From Bacillota bacterium (lineage in GTDB: Bacteria > Bacillota > Sulfobacillia > RBS10-35 > JAJYVN01): a DNA stretch of 64,000 nucleotides. Shown here piece by piece: positions 49,212 to 57,185 of the stretch (the stretch's first letter is position 1; each line of letters starts with the position of its first letter). The notes beneath the pieces are model-generated. The model was not told where the DNA came from. It was given only the letters and a program-made list of their open reading frames with translations, and did not search any database. The position numbers and the translations under genes were made by a program. The stretch covers positions 20,718-84,717 of the forward strand of contig JAJZMB010000162.1 in NCBI GenBank assembly GCA_021803205.1, written 5' to 3'.

Positions 49212-49853
49212 ATGCGGTGGCTCAGGGTACTGGCTGTGATCCTCGCGACAGCGGTCGGTCTGGTCTATGGAGTGGTGGGTGCCGCCACGGCGGCGGCGGC
49301 GCCCACGGTATCTCTCGCGTACGGGAACGGGACGACCGGCGCCGCCACGGCGACGGCCACAACGGCGCCGACGCTATCGGTGGCGAGCAACAGCAAGCTC
49401 GGTTCCATTCTGGTGGCGTCCAACGGGATGACGCTCTATCATTTCAGCAAGGACTCGGCCGGTGTCAGCAATTGCACGGGCGCCTGCGCGAAACTCTGGC
49501 CGCCGCTGACGGTCACGGGGACTCCGAGTGCCGGTGCGGGTGTGACCGGTAAGCTCGGTACGATCAAACGCTCCAACGGCAGCCTGCAGGTGACGTACAA
49601 CGGATGGCCGCTCTACTACTTCAGTGGGGACAACAAGCCCGGTGACACCACCGGGCAGGGCTTCAAGAACCTCTGGTACGTCGTTTCGCCCACGCTGGCT
49701 GTGGCGACCGCCGCCACCACCACGAAGGCCACGACGACCGCGACGGCAACGCTGCCCAAGACGGGGAGCGGTCCGTGGCCCATGGTGGCCGGAATCGTCC
49801 TGCTCATCACCGGTGCTGGCTTGGTCCTTGTGCGGCGCCGCCGTGCGGCGTAG
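49212..49853 (+). CDS. LPXTG-anchored surface protein with two COG4315-type Y-x-F/W-x-x-D repeats
   Basis: A signal peptide is present. The repeats are LYHFSKDSAGVSNCTGACAKLWPP and LYYFSGDNKPGDTTGQGFKNLWYVV. The sorting signal is LPKTG, then a TM helix, then RRRRAA. Confidence 0.6.
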   Translation: MRWLRVLAVILATAVGLVYGVVGAATAAAAPTVSLAYGNGTTGAATATATTAPTLSVASNSKLGSILVASNGMTLYHFSKDSAGVSNCTGACAKLWPPLTVTGTPSAGAGVTGKLGTIKRSNGSLQVTYNGWPLYYFSGDNKPGDTTGQGFKNLWYVVSPTLAVATAATTTKATTTATATLPKTGSGPWPMVAGIVLLITGAGLVLVRRRRAA

Positions 49854-49982
49854 AACCGTCTTTTGTGGAACGGGTGTTCCGGAGCCATCCGGATCAAGGG
49901 GAGGACTCCGGAGCACCCGCCTCTCTCACGCCGGCACAGGTGCGGGTTGTCTTGCGGGCGCCGGTGGCGGGATGGCGGGGCG

Positions 49983-51041
49983 TCAATCGAGGTGTTCCCG
50001 CAGGCGCAGGCGGAGGGCGGCATAGTGCAGCTTGCGCAGGGCGCTGGACTCGATCTGGCGTACGCGCTCGTGAGAGATGCCGAGGTGCCGTCCAACCTCC
50101 TTGAGTGTGCATTCCCGGTGTCCCGCAAGGCCGAATCGGAGACGGATCACCTCGGCCTCGCGAACAGGTAATTCTTGAAGGGCCGCGTGGACCGCTTCCC
50201 GCAGCAGTGCGCCTTCGGCGGCGCCAGCGGGTGCCGTGGCGCCTTCATCGGCGACCACGTCGGCAATGATCAGATCTTCGCTGCCCTCCACCGGTGCGTC
50301 TAGACTGATGATCTCCCGTTGCACCCGCAAGGCTCTGCTCAGTACACCGGCATCCAAGACCGACTGGAGCGCGTCGGCCACCTCGCTGCTCGAGGGCCAC
50401 CGACCCAACATTTGCATCAACTGCCAGCGGGTGCGCCGCACCTGGCGTACGGCCTGGTCCAGATGCTCAGGCAGGCGGATGAGGTGTGCCTCGCTGGTGA
50501 TCGTGCGGGCCACGGCCTGGCGAATCCACCATATGGCGTAGGTGCTGAAGCGCAGGCCGTTGCGCTCATCATACTTTTCCGCGGCGCGCAGCAATCCCAG
50601 GTTCCCTGCCTGGATGAGATCGGCGAGTTCCAGGCCGCGGCCCAGGTACCTTGCGGCGACCGACACCACCAGCCGGAGGTTTGAGATTACCAGACGCCGC
50701 TGCGCCTCCTGGTCTCCGGCGCGGACCTGCGCCGCCAGGGACGCCTCCTCCTGGGGGGACAGGAGCCGTGCCCGGCCCACGTCCTGCAGGTAGAGGCCTA
50801 CGACGCCGGGACGATCGACGAATTTCCAGCTTTCGCGCACCGGTCGCCCCCGGCTGCGGCGATCCTCTGGCGGCTGCGGGGCCAAACGACCCGTGGCGGG
50901 GCCGGCGGAGGCGTCGTCCGCGGCCACCGGGGCGCACATCGTGGCATCGGCGGGCTCGTATGGCCCGTCTCCGTCCACTGGCCGCGAGGGGCGCCAGCGG
51001 AGCCGCCCGTGTAGGGAAACGCGAGTGCGGGCGCTCGCCAT
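49983..51041 (-). CDS. sigma-70 family RNA polymerase sigma factor (group 2/3-like, regions 1.2 to 4)
   Basis: DLIQAGNLGLLRAAEKYDERNGLRFSTYAIWWIRQAVAR is region 2. LQELPVREAEVIRLRFGL ... LKEVGRHLGISHERVRQIESSALRKL is region 4. The start is uncertain (51041 or 50939). Confidence 0.65.
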   Translation of the reverse strand: MASARTRVSLHGRLRWRPSRPVDGDGPYEPADATMCAPVAADDASAGPATGRLAPQPPEDRRSRGRPVRESWKFVDRPGVVGLYLQDVGRARLLSPQEEASLAAQVRAGDQEAQRRLVISNLRLVVSVAARYLGRGLELADLIQAGNLGLLRAAEKYDERNGLRFSTYAIWWIRQAVARTITSEAHLIRLPEHLDQAVRQVRRTRWQLMQMLGRWPSSSEVADALQSVLDAGVLSRALRVQREIISLDAPVEGSEDLIIADVVADEGATAPAGAAEGALLREAVHAALQELPVREAEVIRLRFGLAGHRECTLKEVGRHLGISHERVRQIESSALRKLHYAALRLRLREHLD

Positions 51042-51528
51042 GCCCACATTGCCTTCACACCGTTCCGAAGGACGCGCCGCCAAGAGGTAATGCACCCTCC
51101 GTTGGCTCGGTGCCGGAAGTAGCGCCGGGCTGCCCGAGAGACCCCTGTGAAAGGCTACGCCCAACTTCCTACCATTACCGACCTATCGACCGCGGATCCG
51201 CCGTACACGGTGGGTGGTTCGACCGACAAGACGCAAGCCTCTTGCAGGCAGCCCAGAATCAACAGGCATACCGCAGCCAGGTACACGAGCGGGGGTCTGC
51301 CGCGCCACCGTCCGCCATCGCCACCGCTGGACACACCCCTGCAGTGTTTCTGATGTTGACTGATGGCGTACCCTGCTGCCAGTCAGGACTTTCCCGATAC
51401 GAGGACGCGGGGGTTCCACACCACTGCCCGACCCGTTGGGGTTGGGGGCGACTCCGGCCATACTGCGGCAGCGGCCCGCATATCGGTGGCCGCGACCGGC
51501 CGCCCGATGCAAGGGCGCGCGTCCCCTC

Positions 51529-53193
51529 CTACATGTCCCCGTCCAGTTGAGCCAACGCCTCCAGCTCCTCGGTCCGTTGATGTGCCGCGCTCCAGCCGAG
51601 TTCAGCGCCCATGAGCTGAGCCACACGCGTTACGCAACTGCGCGCCACAGCCCGGTCGAGAAAGGCCAACCGAGTGCGCCGGGCCAGGACATCCATGACC
51701 CGCAGGGCGGATTCTTCCCGGACTGCCCACACGACTTCGGCTTCGAGGTATGGATGCTGCGGTGCGAGGCGCTGCATCCACTCCTGGCCGGCCAGCGTGC
51801 ATACGGCCTCCATTCGATCGCCATAGGCGTGTCCCAGGTGGGTGGCCACGTCCGCCGGCAACGCCCGCCGCTGTTGCACCTCCCTAACCAGGTTTTCAGA
51901 AAACCCATCCCCGCCGATCAGGACCCGCTCTGAGGCAGCAGCGGCGGGCCGTGCGCGCAACCCCTGTTGCCGGAGCACGTACTCGACGGCATCGGCCGCT
52001 ATCCGACGATAGCTTGTCCATTTTCCTCCGGCGACGGTGACCAGGCCGGCGGCGCTTTCCACGACGATGTGGCTGCGGGAGAGTGCCGCGGTGTGGGCCC
52101 TTGTCGGGTTCCGCACGAGCGGACGCTGGCCGCTCCAGGCCGAACGCACGTCCTCACGGCGCAGGGGAGTGGAGACGTGGCGGTTGACGAGTTGCAGGAG
52201 GTAGTCGACGTCCTCGGTACGCACGGCGGGGTGTTCGGCAGGGTCCTCCGGCCGGTCCGTGGTCCCGATCAGGGTGTGCCCCAACCATGGGAGTACGAAG
52301 ACCACCCGCCCGTCCGATGTCTTCGGAATCAGCAGGCCCGTATGATCGGGGCACAGCCCTGGCCGGAGCACCAGATGAATGCCGCCGCTCGGACGCAGCA
52401 GCGGTGTCGCTGCGGGCTCGTCCAGCGCGCGGAGCCTGTCGGCGAACGGCCCCGTCGCATTGATCACGGACCGGGCGCGCACTGTCAGGGTAGCCCCGGA
52501 GAGGCCGTCTCGGACCTGCGCGCCGATGACGCGGGCGCCTTCCTTAATCAGCGCGATCACTGCAGCGTGGTTGACCACGACCGCTCCCAGGGCGGACGCG
52601 GTGAGGGCGAGCGCGACGTTGAAGCGGGCATCGTCAAACTGGCCGTCGTAGTAGAGCACCGCGCCGCGCAGTCCCCTGGAGTCTAAGGCGGGGAAGCGGT
52701 CCAGGGCTGCAGGGGCCGCGAGGTGGCGGGTCGCGCCCAGACTTGCGTTCCCGGACACCATATCGTATATGGCGAGCCCGGCACCGTAGTACAAACGACT
52801 CCAGAGGGAGTACGCCGGCGTGAGGATGGCCAGGGGGCGGGTGAGGTGGGGAGCCAGCCGGAAGAAGGCGCCCCGCTCCCGCAGCGCCTCCAGCACCAGC
52901 CGGTATTCGGCGAGGTCGGCTCGCAGTACCGCCCGCTCCAGATAACGCACGCCGCCATGCACCAGTTTAGTGGACCGGCCGGATGTGCCACCGCCGAAAT
53001 CATCCAGCTCCACCAGCGCCACCAGTAGACCGCGCGCGGCGGCATGCAGGGCGATGCCCGTGCCGACCGATCCACCCCCGACGACCAGGATGTCGAAGAC
53101 GCCCGACTGCAGGGCGGAGAGGCTCCGCCGCCGCCGCAGGGGGCCCGGAAGGCCAGAGGGGTCCAACGGGCAACTCACCTCGCGCTCGTCCAA
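51529..53193 (-). CDS. glpD: FAD-dependent glycerol-3-phosphate dehydrogenase
   Basis: FDILVVGGGSVGTGIALHAAARGL ... STKLVHGGVRYLE is present. It has the typical GlpD length. It has a non-ATG start (TTG at 53193 or 53166). Confidence 0.75.
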   Translation of the reverse strand: MDEREVSCPLDPSGLPGPLRRRRSLSALQSGVFDILVVGGGSVGTGIALHAAARGLLVALVELDDFGGGTSGRSTKLVHGGVRYLERAVLRADLAEYRLVLEALRERGAFFRLAPHLTRPLAILTPAYSLWSRLYYGAGLAIYDMVSGNASLGATRHLAAPAALDRFPALDSRGLRGAVLYYDGQFDDARFNVALALTASALGAVVVNHAAVIALIKEGARVIGAQVRDGLSGATLTVRARSVINATGPFADRLRALDEPAATPLLRPSGGIHLVLRPGLCPDHTGLLIPKTSDGRVVFVLPWLGHTLIGTTDRPEDPAEHPAVRTEDVDYLLQLVNRHVSTPLRREDVRSAWSGQRPLVRNPTRAHTAALSRSHIVVESAAGLVTVAGGKWTSYRRIAADAVEYVLRQQGLRARPAAAASERVLIGGDGFSENLVREVQQRRALPADVATHLGHAYGDRMEAVCTLAGQEWMQRLAPQHPYLEAEVVWAVREESALRVMDVLARRTRLAFLDRAVARSCVTRVAQLMGAELGWSAAHQRTEELEALAQLDGDM

Positions 53194-53608
53194 GCCCGAG
53201 CGGCAGCGGGGCCTTCCGATGGGCGGCTGAGACGGTCCCTGCCGCCGGCGGGCCTGGTATCCGACCCGAAGAACAGGCTATAGCGGTTTTGCCGTCTCCG
53301 CTAGGGGGAGAGTCGATCGGGGTGCACGCGCACCCGGGACCGGGGAAACGGGGATGCCCGCCCGAAAGGCGCGCGTCCGTCTGTGCCCGCCACGCCGGCC
53401 CCATGTACCAGCGGGTCGGTAGCACAGGGGAGGATGGTGGATGGGACCCGCTGTGTGTGCGCTGCCCACCGGTACACCGTGGGGGCGTCTGGAAGAGCCG
53501 TGCAACCGGACGTTAGTGCCGGGAAGGGGGTACGCCCGGTCAGGGGACGCGGCCACTGGGCACCGTATGGACTAGGGATACGTCCGGGAAGGTCCCGGAT
53601 CTGGAGGG

Positions 53609-54151
53609 ATGTGGGTGGCGCGGCGGTCGGTGGCGCTCGGGGGCCCAGGCAACGGAGATCGGTGGGGGAAGGACGACGGCGAGCGCGCGGATCATGCGCT
53701 GCGCCATTTCCGGACGTGGGCCTGGATCACGGCAGCGGCCACCTTTGTGCTGTTGTTGTTAGGCGCGGGGGTCGTCGCGAACGGCGCCGGTTTGTCCTGT
53801 CCCGGCTGGCCCCTGTGCGGGGGGCGCGTGGTGCCGGTCTTTTCGGGCGTGGTGGTGGTGGAGTGGTCGCACCGGGTGGGCGCGCTCGTGGTTACGGCGC
53901 TCAGTCTGATCACGGCGGCGGCTGCTCGCCTGCTGCATCGTCAAGGGCCCTGGACCGGTCTGAGCCTGACGGCTGTGGGCCTGCTGGCCATGCAGGTGGT
54001 CCTCGGGGCCGTGGTGGTGGAGACCAACCTCACACCCCTGCTGGTCGTGGCGCACCAGGGGCTCGGCATCGCGCTGCTCTGCCTCTGGCTGGTGGCGGCC
54101 ACGATTCCCGGGCGACCGCGCCACAGGGTCGCCTCCGGCGGAACGGTTTAG
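53609..54151 (+). CDS. short four-TM membrane protein with a CtaA/COX15-like CPxWPLC motif
   Basis: GLSCPGWPLCGG sits in the loop after TM1, as in heme A synthase. The protein has only 180 aa, one four-helix half. Confidence 0.4.
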   Translation: MWVARRSVALGGPGNGDRWGKDDGERADHALRHFRTWAWITAAATFVLLLLGAGVVANGAGLSCPGWPLCGGRVVPVFSGVVVVEWSHRVGALVVTALSLITAAAARLLHRQGPWTGLSLTAVGLLAMQVVLGAVVVETNLTPLLVVAHQGLGIALLCLWLVAATIPGRPRHRVASGGTV

Positions 54152-54232
54152 GATGTAGGCGCGTGCGAACGGAGCACAAATGCCGTCAGTGCAGCGGCAG
54201 CCGGCGCCGCGTGCCCGGCCACGATCGTGCCC

Positions 54233-56101
54233 TCAGCCGCCCGCCGCCCGGGTTGAGGCGATCCGGTTCGTTGCCGTGCGGTGCGCCGCCGCCGACCCCG
54301 GGGCGCCAGCGGGCGTGGAAGTCGGGACCGGGGTGGCACGGAAGCCGCCGGGCGGGGCCGTGTTTCCGGTTCCTGCTCCTGCTGCGGCGCCTGCGGTCAC
54401 GCGCAAGTAGGTGCCTCCGTTAAAGATCCAGCGCTCAGGTGAGCCCGTGCCCTGCGGCACAAGGATGGTATAGGGCATATCCTGTGCGGTCTGGACCAGC
54501 CGCGGGGCCGCGGTGCTACCAACACCCACCATCTGGCCGATCAGTCGCGCCCGTGCGGTTCCCAGCCGGTAGACGGCAACAGCGCTGCCGGCGGGGGCGC
54601 TGGCGGTCTCAGGGGGCAACACCGTTTGCACCACCAAAGCATTCGAACCGTCGCCGGTCAGATCCCCGCATGCCACAGGCACAGTCCCCCCCGCCAGGCC
54701 CGGGAGCGCGATGCCGGTCAGCGGCATGCCTTCTGGCCGGAGCACGGTCACCGTGGAACTCCGCGCCTCGAAGGTGAAGCCGTGATTGTGTATCGCCCGC
54801 ACCGGACCCACCCACCAATGCACACTGTCACCGGCGCAGGAGAAGGCTCCACGCATCCATCCACGGGTCGCTGGGGGCGATACGTGGAACAGCAGCGGTG
54901 GGCGGAACGTCACAGGCCGAATGCCGGACAGCACCGGGCCGGAGATGCCGGGGCCGACGGTGTATGCCAGGACGCGCACAATGGCCCCCGCTCCCCCGTC
55001 TCCCGGATCGGTCTGCCCCGTGGCGGTTGCGGCTGCCTTCCCAACGGACGGCCTCCCACCGGTCGATCGTTCTGTAACGATGACTCTAGCGCGTCCCCCG
55101 GCCAACGCCCACGCGTCGATAATGGTGAAACGCAGGGACGGAGCGGGCGCGGCCCGGGTCGGCATGGCGTTCCGGAATGCGACCCGCACCGTGTGCAGTA
55201 CATCCGCCCACGCCGCGTGCCAACGCCCCTGGAGGAGCGCTTGCCACGGCGTCATCCAATCCGCGTGTCCAAGCGCCCGCCTAACGCGCCGCCACGCCAC
55301 TTGGTGGAGTTTGCTCCAGGCACCGGCCAGACCGGTCGGGGCCGGCGTCGGGGACCGAGGGCGCAGCAACGCCGCTTCATGCGTCGCCACCAGGGCCTTG
55401 GCGGCCGCCAACGATACTGGTCGCACCGCTGAAGTGGTCCGCCGCAGCCGCGCGTCCACAATCAGCCGCTCGGAGTCCCACGGCCCTGCGCAGGTGACAA
55501 GCTGCAGAGTGGCAGGGCCGCCGTGCGGACGCACCGCCGCCGCGTCAGACGGGGCCACCCGTTGGGATCCGGTGACCGCATAGGTGAAGGTGCCACCGGG
55601 TGTCTCGAGTAGGATGGCATCCCCTTGGCGCAGGCGGTTCAGGTGCTGGAAGACGGAGCCCCAGACGTTGACGTGCCCGAAGATGACGGCATTGCCCGGT
55701 GCTCCCGGCAACGCCGAACCCTCAAGATGAGCCGGACCGCGCTGGAGGAGCCCCTCCCAGACGGAGGCGTCGAAGGTGAGCCCCTCCAGCACATAGGAGT
55801 CCACCCCGATGGCGGGGATCACCAACCTGGCGAGGGGCTGTCCGGGCGGTACCGCTGGGGCCGAGGCCGGCAGAATCGCCGCAGATGCCGCCGCGGGTGA
55901 AGTGCCCGTACCTGCAGGGGCCACGACCGTGACCAGCGGGGCGGTCGGAGCCGGAGGGTTCGGGTACAACGCGGTGCGGCGCTCAGCCGCCAGGAATTGT
56001 TGCGCCGCCTGTTGCTGGGCGAGCGCATTCCACTGCGCGGACCACAGGGGTGTGGTGGCCACAGCCACACCGACCACCAGGGCGGCCAAGCCGGTCAACA
56101 T
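54233..56101 (-). CDS. sortase-family transpeptidase with a C-terminal extension of about 400 aa
   Basis: An N-terminal TM helix is present. The sortase core PAIGVDSYVLEG ... AVIFGHVNVWGSVFQHLNRLRQGD ... TLQLVTCAGPW has the catalytic His, the TLxTC Cys and the Arg region. The remaining about 400 aa are unassigned. The 255-aa N-terminal extension in the track ORF is rejected. Confidence 0.55.
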   Translation of the reverse strand: MLTGLAALVVGVAVATTPLWSAQWNALAQQQAAQQFLAAERRTALYPNPPAPTAPLVTVVAPAGTGTSPAAASAAILPASAPAVPPGQPLARLVIPAIGVDSYVLEGLTFDASVWEGLLQRGPAHLEGSALPGAPGNAVIFGHVNVWGSVFQHLNRLRQGDAILLETPGGTFTYAVTGSQRVAPSDAAAVRPHGGPATLQLVTCAGPWDSERLIVDARLRRTTSAVRPVSLAAAKALVATHEAALLRPRSPTPAPTGLAGAWSKLHQVAWRRVRRALGHADWMTPWQALLQGRWHAAWADVLHTVRVAFRNAMPTRAAPAPSLRFTIIDAWALAGGRARVIVTERSTGGRPSVGKAAATATGQTDPGDGGAGAIVRVLAYTVGPGISGPVLSGIRPVTFRPPLLFHVSPPATRGWMRGAFSCAGDSVHWWVGPVRAIHNHGFTFEARSSTVTVLRPEGMPLTGIALPGLAGGTVPVACGDLTGDGSNALVVQTVLPPETASAPAGSAVAVYRLGTARARLIGQMVGVGSTAAPRLVQTAQDMPYTILVPQGTGSPERWIFNGGTYLRVTAGAAAGAGTGNTAPPGGFRATPVPTSTPAGAPGSAAAHRTATNRIASTRAAGG

Positions 56102-56272
56102 CCATGCGGCTCCGACGCCCAAGCGGGCCGCGCGGGACGGCGGAGCGAGGTGCCGGGAGCGCCGGGGCTTGGTTGGTGCGTCCCCGCGCCTCCTTCTGTG
56201 GGGATGGCGCCGCGCCGCCCTTCTGCTGCCGGGGAAACTCTCCGCGCGTGTCGTGCCCGACGTTCCCGTCCT

Positions 56273-56682
56273 CAGCGGCTCTCGCCGCGCATGCGCCGCC
56301 AGCCCCCGACCACGGCCGCCGCGCCCAGCAAGGCCAGTGCTCCGCCGGCTAGCGGCAGCAGCGGGTTCAGACCGGTCTTCGGTATGGACGTGTTGCTGCC
56401 GGGAGATGCGCCGGTGCTGGTCGTCGCTTAAACCGCGGAGGCGGACGAGGCGCCGGATGCGGCGCTGGGCGAGGATGTGACGCTGGGCGAGGATGTGACG
56501 CCGCTGGACCCCAGCGCGCGGCTGCCGGGGGCGGAAGTGATCGGCGCGTTTGCCGGGGCTTGCGCCGTGCCGCAACCCGCGGCGAGAAGCAGGGCAGCTC
56601 CGAGAATGCCGCCTGCCAGCAGGCGGGAGGGAGCCCTGGATGCTGCGGAGCCGTGCGCCCGAGCGAAGAGGTGCGAGATCAT
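56273..56682 (-). pseudogene. candidate sortase substrate, with signal peptide and IPKTG sorting signal separated by an in-frame TAA
   Basis: 56682-56431 encodes MISHLFARAHGSAASRAPSRLLAGGILGAALLLAAGCGTAQ followed by a Ser/Thr-rich segment, ending at a TAA (56428-56430). It continues in the same frame as ATTSTGASPGSNTSIPKTGLNPLLPLAGGALALLGAAAVVGGWRRMRGESR to a TGA at 56273-56275. That second part is a complete LPXTG-type sorting signal. Confidence 0.4.
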
Positions 56683-57185
56683 AGAGCACAGACCCCCTTG
56701 TCAGATATCCGCTGCTATCGTGTGTGCATCCACCCCCGGCTTCAACGGCCGCTAACGCAGACCATGCCTGACGATACAGCATTCGGGGGCCGACCGTCAG
56801 CGCCGGGGTGCCGCGGGTGCGCTGTGTGCGGCGGTGGTCACCGCGCTCGCCCGGCGGTCTGCCCACATCGAGGATGCGGAGACGGCCGCACGGGTTCCGA
56901 CGCCGACGACGGCTCTAAGGTTCCCTGCAGCGGTGACGTTCGCGCCGGAACGGACTAAGCGACCCGCCTGTGGCCGCAGCGACGTCGGATGGTCCGGTGT
57001 GACGGACGAAGCAAAGGTTGGCAACCGGACTGCCGGATGCGCGAGGCGGCAGCGTGCGATCCCCCCGCCTGGACCGAGGACCGCGCGCCCACGCAGTTGG
57101 AGGGGGGGTCACAGAGGGCAAGCGGGGGCAGCGTCGGCGGGCCGGGGAGGAGGCTCTCCCGGCCCCCTCCCGAAGGTTCGCCGCA

